A program made the position numbers and the translations under genes. Of a stretch of 64,000 bases of DNA, positions 9,535 through 18,185 are shown in pieces; position 1 is the first letter of the stretch; the number at the start of each line of letters is the position of its first letter. This DNA is from an uncultured Acidobacteriota bacterium (lineage in GTDB: Bacteria; Acidobacteriota; JAQAZP01), in assembly GCA_963836075.1 (NCBI GenBank), contig CAWIIB010000009.1:992001-1056000 (forward strand), in the 5' to 3' direction. The notes beneath the pieces were generated by a model. It did no database searches. It was given only the letters and a program-made list of their open reading frames with translations, and was not told the DNA's origin.

Positions 9535-9996
9535 CTATTCCTGGGCTGCTTCCTCCGCGTCCGTGCTGCCGGCCTGCTGGTATTCATCCAGCAGCATCCG
9601 GACAACTTCCCTGTCCTCCTCGGACAGCGGGCCATAGGCCCGGCTGGATTTCCAGCCGTAGCCCCAGCGGTACCATGACGGGAAGTGGGGAGTCCCGCCC
9701 ATTCGAACGGCATCGTACATCATATCAGCCAGCCGTTCGTTGCCGGTCACACTGATCAGGCAGTCCCGGAAGGCCTGGTCCGCGGCCCACCGCTCGTCCT
9801 CCGTGCCGCCCTGCCAGTAGGCCATGTCGTGCTCCAGGCAGCAGCGGGACACGTTGGTCGTGTCAGCGAACGACGAGGTGGGGAAAAACTCGCAGCCGGC
9901 GTTGGTGAATGGCTCCAGGGGGATTTTCTTCGCGCATCCCGTGATGGTCAAGAGGCAAAACCAGACGATGATGAATGTACAAAGGAGTCTTTTCAT
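9535..9996 (-). CDS. Lipoprotein with phospholipase A2-like CCxxHD motif
   Basis: Lipobox ITGC; GC...CCLEHDMAYWQGG...ADQAFRDC resembles the catalytic His-Asp helix of secreted/prokaryotic PLA2 folds. Confidence 0.6.
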   Translation of the reverse strand: MKRLLCTFIIVWFCLLTITGCAKKIPLEPFTNAGCEFFPTSSFADTTNVSRCCLEHDMAYWQGGTEDERWAADQAFRDCLISVTGNERLADMMYDAVRMGGTPHFPSWYRWGYGWKSSRAYGPLSEEDREVVRMLLDEYQQAGSTDAEEAAQE

Positions 9997-11531
9997 CAGT
10001 TCTCCATCCCAGGAATGCCGGCATCGGCCGGTAGCGGTTCGTTCAGTTTCTTTTCCGCGTCTTCAATCTCCAGGAATCCCAGAAGGCGTGTCTCCAGATA
10101 ATCGAAGAACGGGTTGCAGCGCAGGCGCATCATGATGGTGGGCGACACCGCCAGCAGGTTCCGCTCGCCCCGCAATTCCACCCGTCCGAGGTGGATAACG
10201 TCCGGTGTTCGTTCGGTCTGGATCCCGTACACCGGGTCGTCCGGGGGGAAGGGCAGGGCCACGTGGGACAGGGAGTAGGTTCCCTGGGGCCATTCCAGGT
10301 CGAGCGATTCCAGGTCGGTTTCCCGGCTGTTCGTTCCTCTTGAAAGAGCCGCCAGCTTCGGGGATCTTCTGTCGCGGTTGGTGACCAGGGTGACCGCAAA
10401 AGGCCAGGACTCCTCCTCAATCAGCCGGTCGATCTGGTCCTGGAAGTCGTTGTTCAGCAAGGCCTCTGCCTCGGCCTGCCGGTTGATGTCGAAGAGCACC
10501 AGCTGGTGGCCGTTGGGCGCCAGGTGCCGCATGAACCGCTCCACCACCGCCGGTGTGGAGACCGTGGCGTCGGCGATCGATTGAAAGGCCAGCACCGGCG
10601 GGAAGCCAGTCACACCGTGGCCCTTGTTGAGGGCGCCGATCATCGAGTCGTTCTGCCGGGTCAGGCGGCTGATCTGGTCCCCGGCGTTCACCGCGAATGA
10701 GTTGTACTTATAGGGATCATACTCCGGGTGGATCGAGTTCCAGGTCAGCTTCCCCAGGCCGGGCAGGGCGGAGAGCCGGCGCTGCCACTTGGCCAGTGCG
10801 GCCACCGGGGAGACCCCCACGGCAGGGGAGACCAGCACCAGGGCATCGGGAAGCGGCAACTCCTCGCCGCTGAGGACCGAGAGCGTGTAGTTGATGGCCA
10901 GGGTGGCGCCGTTGGAGTAGCCGGCGACGTAAAACGGGATCCCGTCACCCAGGGAGGAATGCACCTCGCGGGCGGCCAGCCGCACCGCGGCAGCGAAATC
11001 ATCCACGGTGGCGTGGGCCAGGCCGGAGGGCGCCGTGCCGTGGCCCGGCAACCGCAGACCGACCACGAGGAAGCCCTGATCGTTGAGAAGCTGGGCCATG
11101 GCCCGCAGGCTGTAGGGAGAATCGGAGAGCCCGTGGAGCATCAGGATCCCGGCCCTGGGATTGTCGTGATCGAGCACGTAGGTCCGGTTCCAGTTCACCG
11201 GGTAGGCGGTGGGATCGGAGATGCTCCCCTTGTAGAAGCGGTTGAAGGTGCGCCGGTCCTCGGGTTCGATCCGGCCATAGACCTCCTCCTGCAGCTCCTG
11301 GAACAGCCGCTCCTCCAGGTCGAGATAGGCATCGAGGCTCGCCACCTGCCCGGCATCAGCGGCGGTGAAGTCGCCATCCAGTTCCACGTTGTGCCACGGT
11401 TTGAGATCCGGGCCCGAGGCGGCGCTCTTCAGATAGACCACCACCAGGGCGATGATCACCCCCAGCAGGCCGTAGCCAAGGGCCAGCAGGATGTGCTTGA
11501 GAATCCTGGTCGTCTTGGTCTGTTTTGTCAT
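9996..11531 (-). CDS. Membrane-anchored alpha/beta hydrolase (lipase/esterase-like)
   Basis: Start MTKQTK with GGAG RBS, N-terminal TM helix, HGLSDSP oxyanion motif, LPGHG, nucleophile elbow GYSNG. Confidence 0.85.
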   Translation of the reverse strand: MTKQTKTTRILKHILLALGYGLLGVIIALVVVYLKSAASGPDLKPWHNVELDGDFTAADAGQVASLDAYLDLEERLFQELQEEVYGRIEPEDRRTFNRFYKGSISDPTAYPVNWNRTYVLDHDNPRAGILMLHGLSDSPYSLRAMAQLLNDQGFLVVGLRLPGHGTAPSGLAHATVDDFAAAVRLAAREVHSSLGDGIPFYVAGYSNGATLAINYTLSVLSGEELPLPDALVLVSPAVGVSPVAALAKWQRRLSALPGLGKLTWNSIHPEYDPYKYNSFAVNAGDQISRLTRQNDSMIGALNKGHGVTGFPPVLAFQSIADATVSTPAVVERFMRHLAPNGHQLVLFDINRQAEAEALLNNDFQDQIDRLIEEESWPFAVTLVTNRDRRSPKLAALSRGTNSRETDLESLDLEWPQGTYSLSHVALPFPPDDPVYGIQTERTPDVIHLGRVELRGERNLLAVSPTIMMRLRCNPFFDYLETRLLGFLEIEDAEKKLNEPLPADAGIPGMEN

Positions 11532-11683
11532 CCGGTTCTCCTGCAACGATTGGATAATCATACATCGAAAGAAAAACTGGTGACAGTTACCTGTTGTGGC
11601 TCCTGAAAAATCCATCCGACGCACTGGAGGTGCCGAAGGGATGGACCGAGAGACGATCCGGAGTGAGAGGAGGGACAGGTTCA

Positions 11684-12136
11684 CTATTTGAGGTAGCGGT
11701 CTCGAACCTGGCGGAGAACACGGGCGTCCTCCTGATGACGGGGATGATCGATGGCGCTCTTTATCTCGATCAGAGAGTCAATATCGATCCAGTTCGCTGC
11801 GGCACGGCCGTAGGCGGCTTCAATACGGCTGTCCCAGGCCCTGGCAAACGGAAAACCCCCCAGGTCCAGAAGAATATCGATACGGTTGGGAGCCACCCCG
11901 ATCTGCAGGATCTCTTCAGGCTGATCGGCAGTGATCAGGGCCGGGCTGCCGAATTCACCGAGTGCCGTATTGGCCAGAGCCACGTTCTCGGGCTGGGGGT
12001 CGATCCAGAGGTCGATATCCTTGGTGTATCGCGGTTTGGCATGATAGATGAAAGCGAGCCCGCCAACGATGAGATAGCGGACACCATGTGTCGACAGAAG
12101 GTCCAACAGGTCCTCGAAATCCTGAATCGCATCCAT
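11684..12136 (-). CDS. Nucleotidyltransferase (DUF6036-like, Pol-beta superfamily)
   Basis: YLIVGGLA...PRYTKDIDLWI motif (GG...DxD), RIDIL, and terminal K...R.QED pattern. Confidence 0.8.
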   Translation of the reverse strand: MDAIQDFEDLLDLLSTHGVRYLIVGGLAFIYHAKPRYTKDIDLWIDPQPENVALANTALGEFGSPALITADQPEEILQIGVAPNRIDILLDLGGFPFARAWDSRIEAAYGRAAANWIDIDSLIEIKSAIDHPRHQEDARVLRQVRDRYLK

Positions 12137-12159
12137 GTCAGGAACCGTCCGTTTTTCCC

Positions 12160-12351
12160 TCAGGTACCGGTTGCACGCGCTTGCATGACCAATTCCACGT
12201 CCCGGTGCAGAGCCACCAGGGCCGACAACCGTTCTTCGGGGGTTCTCTGCTGCCAGAATTCGAGGTCCCAGGCCTCCGCCTCTTCAAAATCCTTCGCCCG
12301 GTGAACAACCATTTTCGCCCGGCGCCGTCGGCTCCTCTCCTGCAGTGTCAT
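12160..12351 (-). CDS. Small hypothetical protein, upstream partner of the nucleotidyltransferase
   Basis: GGGGAG RBS before MTLQER...; DLEFWQQRTPEERL motif; 23 bp from the NTase start on the same strand. Confidence 0.6.
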   Translation of the reverse strand: MTLQERSRRRRAKMVVHRAKDFEEAEAWDLEFWQQRTPEERLSALVALHRDVELVMQARATGT

Positions 12352-12794
12352 ATCGGCGGCACTCCCCAACCGGCCTGCTTCAGGTTGCTTGATTCCGGAT
12401 CGCCAACATCGTTATTATGGCCCATATGTCTTTCATTGTCAACCATTTCGCTGTTCAGCGTTTCATCGATCACGAAGCAGAGAAACTCCCGCTGCCGCGG
12501 TGTGGCCAGGAATTCGGGGCTGTCGAGAATCCGGCCCGGCTGGAGCCGTACGGCCCGTCGTCATCCACGGGCGCCCGGCCATGGGAAGAGGAGGGGAGCT
12601 GATCCGCGTTTCTTTTCATTCAACGGATTGTACCCTCTGTTCGAATGTATCCTATTCCAATATAGGTTGACTAGAGTAATCGACGATATCAGAATACGGA
12701 CAAGCGTCGAAATTACGGCGATCGCTCCCACAACCAGCGAACGGAATTTCAACCCAGCATGCGGAGACCCGCATCGATTGAGGGGGACTCCATC

Positions 12795-13874
12795 ATGAAA
12801 TCGACAGCAAGCAACGTAATCACCATTTCCCGTAAGGTCATTGCCGTCCTGGCCGGGTGGATGCTTCTCATCGGACTGGGCGCGGGGGTATGCGCTGCGG
12901 CGGGCGCCGCGGCCGACGGACCGGCAGACCGTGAGCGGGTGACGGTGGCCAACTTCGTGCGGGCCGAATCGGATCACATGATCTGTGCCAACATGGAATC
13001 CTTCGGCGTGGGCTTCGGCGAGTTTGTGCATCTTCGCGAGCCCACAACGCCGGACGCCCAGCCGGTGATCCGCATGAACCAGGACACGCTCTACTCCGGG
13101 ACGGTGCTGGATGTGTCCAAGCCGGTGAAGATCACGCTGCCTGAGGTCGGCGGCCGCTACATGTCGATGCACGTGGTCAACCAGGATCACTACTGTTTCG
13201 TCGAAGCGCAGCCGGGAACCTACGAGCTGACCGAGGACACGGTGGGCACGCGCTTCGCGCTCGTGACCATCCGAACCTTTTACAATGCCGGTGATCCTGA
13301 TGACCTGGCCAGGGCCCACGCCGCCCAGGACAAGATCGAGATCGGCGGCGGGGGCGACGGCCCCTTCGAGACGCCGAACTGGGACACGGATCAACTTGCG
13401 GTGGCGCGCCAGGCCCTCAGCGACCTGGGGGCCCTCGGCTTTGACACTGCGTACGCCTTCGGCCGCAAGGACGAGGTCCGGCCCATCGACCATCTCGTCG
13501 GATCGGGTGCCGGCTGGGGCGGGCTGCCGAGCACGGCCGCCTTCTACATCATGGACAGCGTCGAAGGCAACGACGGCAAGACGCGATACACGGTGACGGT
13601 GAAAGACGTGCCGGTGGACGCCTTCTGGTCCGTCACGGTCTACAACGCCGAGGGGTATCTCGAAGCCAACGACCTCGGCCGCAACAGCTTCAACAATTCC
13701 TCCGCCACACCGAACGAGGACGGCTCGTACACGATCCGTTTCGGCGGTGATCCCGAGAGCGTGAACTACCTGCCGATCACCGAAGGCTGGAACTACGCCA
13801 TCCGCCTCTATCAACCGCGCGCCGAAATCCTCGACGGTTCGTGGAGCTTCCCGGAACCCCGGCCGGTCGACTGA
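12795..13874 (+). CDS. DUF1254/DUF1214 domain secreted protein
   Basis: GAGGGGG RBS, signal peptide, VTVANFVRAESD, IRMNQDTLYS, VPVDAFWSVTVYN and GWNYAIRLYQP motifs. Confidence 0.88.
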   Translation: MKSTASNVITISRKVIAVLAGWMLLIGLGAGVCAAAGAAADGPADRERVTVANFVRAESDHMICANMESFGVGFGEFVHLREPTTPDAQPVIRMNQDTLYSGTVLDVSKPVKITLPEVGGRYMSMHVVNQDHYCFVEAQPGTYELTEDTVGTRFALVTIRTFYNAGDPDDLARAHAAQDKIEIGGGGDGPFETPNWDTDQLAVARQALSDLGALGFDTAYAFGRKDEVRPIDHLVGSGAGWGGLPSTAAFYIMDSVEGNDGKTRYTVTVKDVPVDAFWSVTVYNAEGYLEANDLGRNSFNNSSATPNEDGSYTIRFGGDPESVNYLPITEGWNYAIRLYQPRAEILDGSWSFPEPRPVD

Positions 13875-13941
13875 CGCGGCCCGCGAGGGCACGGCCTGAC
13901 CAACGCCGTTGGCCCGGCTCGAAGTAACCGTAATCACGAGG

Positions 13942-14226
13942 ATGGTGTATGCCATGCAGGTCATCCAGAAAAGCCCTTTTGCAGTGATGGATCGCTTTCC
14001 CGAGCACGTGGAAACGATCAGGCAGCGCTTCAAGGAGGACGAGACCTTCCGCATTCTCTGCGAAGACTACCGCAGGTCCTGCGAGGCCCTCTCCTTCTGG
14101 ACCAGCCGCTCCGGGGAAGGGGCTGCCGTCACGGAGGCGGAGGAGCGCCGCGTGGAATATGCCGAGCTGAAACTGGACCTGGAAGCCGAGATCCTGCAGA
14201 GGCTCGGCGGAGGAGGAACGCAATGA
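13942..14226 (+). CDS. Small hypothetical helical protein
   Basis: RFPEH...FRILCEDY...EYAELKLDLEAEI; the stop overlaps the next start (ATGA). Start is uncertain. Confidence 0.6.
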   Translation: MVYAMQVIQKSPFAVMDRFPEHVETIRQRFKEDETFRILCEDYRRSCEALSFWTSRSGEGAAVTEAEERRVEYAELKLDLEAEILQRLGGGGTQ

Positions 14227-15653
14227 GAAAATTATTCATCCTGTTCATCACGATTGCGGTGGTCGCGTCCTGGTCCTGCGGGCCGGTGGAGGAGAGCGGA
14301 CCCACCGCCGACGATACACAGGCCATCGCGAAGGAGGCCTATCTCTACGGCTTCCCCATGGTCATGAACTACAAGACCATGTACCAGTACACTGTTGACA
14401 CGGCGAATCCGGAATACAAAGGGCCGCTCAACGTGGTTTCCTGCGAGGCGAGGTTGTTCACGCCGGACGACAAGGCGGTGGTGACACCCAACGCGGACAC
14501 GCCCTACTGCATGTTCTGGATGGACCTGCGGGCCGAGCCGCTCATCCTGTCCGTGCCCGGGATGGACGAGGAGCGCTACTACAGCTTCCAGCTCGTCGAC
14601 CTCTACACGCACAATTTCGCCTATGTCGGCACGCTGACCACCGGCAACGGGGCCGGGCACTACCTGCTGGCCGGGCCGGGCTGGGACGGGGAGGCCCCGG
14701 AGGGCATCACCGACGTCCTCCGCTCCGAAACCAACTTCATCTTCAACGTCACCCGCACGCAGCTCTTCGGCCCGGATGACCTGGATGCGGTCGAGGCGAT
14801 CCAGGCGCAGTACCAGTTGCAGCCGCTGAGCACCTTTCTCGGCGAGGAGCCCCCGGCCGCTCCACCCCTGCCCGACTTCCCGGAATGGGACGAGGGCTCG
14901 CAGTTCGACGAGCGGTCCTTCAGCTACCTGGACTTCATAATGGACCTGCTCGAGAAACCGGGGCCGGGTGAGGACGCGCTCTGGCAGGACCTCGCACGTC
15001 TCGGCATCGGCCCCGGCAAGACCTTCCGCCTGGATGCGCTCCCCGACGAACAGGTGGCGGCGTTGAAGGCCGGGGTGGAGGAGGGGTTTGCCGACATGGA
15101 GGCCTTCATCGCCAGGATCGCAAGCGACCCTCTGGGGAGCGGCAAGATCTTCGGCACCCGGGCCTTCCTCGACGAGAGCGCCGGGAAGAACTACGGGCTG
15201 GACAGGCCGGACATGCTCCGCTCCGTGGCCGCGCACATGGGACTCTACGGCAATTCGGCGGCGGAAGCGGCCTATCCGACGTATCTTTCCGATGCCGACG
15301 GCGAGCCGCTGAACGGGGCTGAGCACAGCTACACGATGACCTTCCCCCAGGGTAGTCTCCCGCCGGTCAAGGCCTTCTGGTCGCTCACCATGTATGACGG
15401 GAAGACCCAGCTCTTCATCCACAACCCCCTCGACCGTTACCTGCTCAACTCGCAGATGATGGACCGTTTCACGCTGGAGGAGGACGGCTCCCTGGTGTTC
15501 TACATTGCCAAGGACTCGCCCGGCGAAGCGCTGGAGGACAACTGGCTGCCCGCCCCGGACGGGCCGTTCTACATGGTCCTGCGGCTCTACGGTCCCGAGC
15601 CCGAGGCGCTGGAAGGGATTTGGACGCCGCCCGAGGTTCAAAAACAGAGGTGA
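14223..15653 (+). CDS. DUF1254/DUF1214 domain lipoprotein
   Basis: Lipoprotein-like signal (SWSC); AKEAYLYGFPMV, TPNADTPY, PPVKAFWSLTMYD and NWLPAPDGPFYMVLRLYGP motifs. Confidence 0.9.
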   Translation: MRKLFILFITIAVVASWSCGPVEESGPTADDTQAIAKEAYLYGFPMVMNYKTMYQYTVDTANPEYKGPLNVVSCEARLFTPDDKAVVTPNADTPYCMFWMDLRAEPLILSVPGMDEERYYSFQLVDLYTHNFAYVGTLTTGNGAGHYLLAGPGWDGEAPEGITDVLRSETNFIFNVTRTQLFGPDDLDAVEAIQAQYQLQPLSTFLGEEPPAAPPLPDFPEWDEGSQFDERSFSYLDFIMDLLEKPGPGEDALWQDLARLGIGPGKTFRLDALPDEQVAALKAGVEEGFADMEAFIARIASDPLGSGKIFGTRAFLDESAGKNYGLDRPDMLRSVAAHMGLYGNSAAEAAYPTYLSDADGEPLNGAEHSYTMTFPQGSLPPVKAFWSLTMYDGKTQLFIHNPLDRYLLNSQMMDRFTLEEDGSLVFYIAKDSPGEALEDNWLPAPDGPFYMVLRLYGPEPEALEGIWTPPEVQKQR

Positions 15654-15806
15654 GGAGGTCACAGCCAAGCACTCGTCATCGTAATTGATGCCGGTCGCAT
15701 TGTGCGCTCTTCGCCGGGATTGCCCACTTTGACCTCAACCGGACAGAAGGGATACCATATTCTGAGGACGAACGATCCGGATCGTCACGAACACGGCGGC
15801 GGGGAT

Positions 15807-16733
15807 ATGCTTGACCGACGGCCAGAGGACGGACTCAGAATTCTTCTTGTGTGCGCGCTGTGCAGCCTGTGGGCGGCAGGCGTTGCCGCCCAGGAGCTGT
15901 CGCCCCGCTCCTTCTGGCCCACCCCCAAAGGGACCAAGATCCTGGTGACCGGATACTCGTACTCTTTCGGGGACGTGTTGATGGACCCGTCGCTTCCGGT
16001 CTACGGCGTGGATTCCAGGATCAACTCGGCGGTTCTCGCCTACCTGCAGACCTTCAGCCTCTGGGGGCGGACGGCGAACATCATCGCGGAGCAGCCCTAT
16101 TCGTGGGGAACAACCGAAGGAATTGTGTACGGTGAGCCGGCAAGCAGGTTCCTGTCCGGTCTAGCCGATTTCGGCATCACACTGTCGGTCAACCTGCTCG
16201 GCGCGCCGACCATGACCCGGGAGGAATTCCAGGCGTTTCGTGCCAGCCCGCGTCCGGTTCTGGGAGCGAGCCTCAAGGTCGTGGCCCCCACCGGGCGCTA
16301 CGAAGACGACAAACTGCTCAACGTCGGGACCAATCGCTGGTCCTTCAAACCGGAAGTTGGCTACCTGATTCCCTTCAAGCGCTCATGGGTGCTGGAGCTG
16401 GAGGCGGGCGCCTGGTTCTTCACCAGCGACGACGACTTCCTGACGGGAGAAAGGGAGCAGCACCCCATTTTCTCCGCGGAGGCTCACCTGGTGAAGCGGA
16501 TCCGTCCCGGACTGTGGGCCTCGCTGGAGGCCAACTATTTCGCGGGAGGACGGCAGGTCATCGGTGGAGTTCCATATGACGACCTGCAACGGAACTCGAG
16601 GATCGGCGGGACGGTGGGCATTCCGTTTGCCGGTCGCCACGCGATCAAGATCGGCTACAGCAGAGGCGTGCTCACCGACAATGGGAACGACTTCGACCAG
16701 TTCCTGGTGAGCCACATCGTGGCATTCAGGTAG
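15807..16733 (+). CDS. Outer-membrane transporter (Phenol_MetA_deg/SphA-like beta-barrel)
   Basis: Signal peptide ending AAQELSPR; GLADFGITLSVNLLGAP and PTGRYEDDKLLNVGTNRW motifs; C-terminal AFR. Confidence 0.78.
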   Translation: MLDRRPEDGLRILLVCALCSLWAAGVAAQELSPRSFWPTPKGTKILVTGYSYSFGDVLMDPSLPVYGVDSRINSAVLAYLQTFSLWGRTANIIAEQPYSWGTTEGIVYGEPASRFLSGLADFGITLSVNLLGAPTMTREEFQAFRASPRPVLGASLKVVAPTGRYEDDKLLNVGTNRWSFKPEVGYLIPFKRSWVLELEAGAWFFTSDDDFLTGEREQHPIFSAEAHLVKRIRPGLWASLEANYFAGGRQVIGGVPYDDLQRNSRIGGTVGIPFAGRHAIKIGYSRGVLTDNGNDFDQFLVSHIVAFR

Positions 16734-16818
16734 TTGCGCACTGTGCAAGGTTCCTTTGCCCTGGCCATGGACCAGCTCAATCTGCTGCTTCCGGTATTCG
16801 TGATAAACTGAGTCCACC

Positions 16819-18015
16819 ATGTTCATAGAAATCGGCCCAAGCCGGGTGGTGGTGGTCAGCATCCTGACCCTGACACTGGGCTACGTGATCACCCGCTATG
16901 CGGGCATTCTTCGCCGGTTCTCCATCCCCATTGCGGTGACCGGCGGGGTGGTGGTGGCCGTCCTGCTGGCCGTGCTTAATGCCGCGGCGGGTTTGGAGAT
17001 CGACTGGGACCTCGGGCTGCGTGACGATCTTCTGCTGGTCTTTTTCGCCTCGGTGGGCCTGTCGGCGAAGATGAAGCAGCTGCGCAGCGGCGGCGGCCTC
17101 TTTGCCCGCCTGGCCCTGCTCACGGTGCTCTTTCTTGTGATCCAGAATGCCGCCGGCGCACTGGGGGCCCTGGTGGCGGGGCGGCACCCGTCGTACGGGC
17201 TGGTGGGCGGCAGCATCTCCCTCTCCGGCGGCCACGGTACGGCCATCACCTGGGGGGCCATCGCCGCGGAGTGGGGATACCCGCAAGCCCTGTCCCACGG
17301 CCTCGCCTTTGCCACCTTCGGCCTGATCGCCGGCGGCCTGCTGGGCGGGCCGGTCGGCAGCTGGATCATCCGCAGCAACAAGCTCAAGGGTCCAGCCGAG
17401 CCGCAGCAACAGGCTGTCGACCCGGACAGGGACCAGCAGCCCCGCGAGGTGCTGGTGTCGGGCCGTTCGGTGCTGGTGACGCTGTTCGTCTTTGCCGTCT
17501 GTGCCGGCTTCGGCGGGGAGGTCAACCGTTTGCTCGGGTCTGTCGGGCTGGTATTGCCCGGCTTTGTCACCGCCATGCTGGCCGGCGTGCTGCTGACCAA
17601 CCTGGTGGATATGCTGAACCTCTCCCTCTTCGAGGACGTGGTCAATCTGGCCGGTGACGTGAGCCTCAACCTCTTCCTGGTGATGAGCCTGATCAGCCTC
17701 GATCTCAAGGACCTGTCGGGCGCCGCGGTGCCCATCCTTGCCATCCTCGCCGTGCAGATCGTGGTGGCGGTGGTCTATGCCCGGTGGGTCATTTTCAAGG
17801 GGTGCGGCGGCGACTACGACGCCGCGGTCATCGCCTCGGGTTTTGTCGGCATCTGCCTCGGCGCCACACCGGTGGCGGTGGCCAACATGGGCGCGGTGAC
17901 CAACCGTTACGGGCCGTCCCTCCGGGCGATGCTCGTGCTGCCGATGGTCGGCGCCGGGATCCTGGATCTGGCCAACGCCTTCATCATCGAGGGTTACCTG
18001 CGGCTGCTGCTTTGA
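16819..18015 (+). CDS. gltS: Sodium/glutamate symporter
   Basis: Polytopic membrane protein with SIPIAVTGG, GSISLSGGHGTAITW, ATFGLIAGGLLGGP and GATPVAVANM motifs of the ESS/GltS family. Confidence 0.88.
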   Translation: MFIEIGPSRVVVVSILTLTLGYVITRYAGILRRFSIPIAVTGGVVVAVLLAVLNAAAGLEIDWDLGLRDDLLLVFFASVGLSAKMKQLRSGGGLFARLALLTVLFLVIQNAAGALGALVAGRHPSYGLVGGSISLSGGHGTAITWGAIAAEWGYPQALSHGLAFATFGLIAGGLLGGPVGSWIIRSNKLKGPAEPQQQAVDPDRDQQPREVLVSGRSVLVTLFVFAVCAGFGGEVNRLLGSVGLVLPGFVTAMLAGVLLTNLVDMLNLSLFEDVVNLAGDVSLNLFLVMSLISLDLKDLSGAAVPILAILAVQIVVAVVYARWVIFKGCGGDYDAAVIASGFVGICLGATPVAVANMGAVTNRYGPSLRAMLVLPMVGAGILDLANAFIIEGYLRLLL

Positions 18016-18185
18016 GGTCAGCGCTCAAGGTCCGGCTGCACCGGAACATTCACGGTCAATGCCGGGCGGATTGCCGGAGCCGGCCCGCCTATCCGCATTG
18101 CATCGCTTTCCCTGGACGGTATACCGTTCTTCTATAGCTCGATGCCCGTTCGAGTCGCGGGGCTTGTTCCCCGGAGGTATCGCCT

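Noticed and set aside
11532-11684. Extended N-terminus of the alpha/beta hydrolase in the ORF track
   Set aside because: The RBS and TM anchor support the start at 11531, and the extension looks non-coding.
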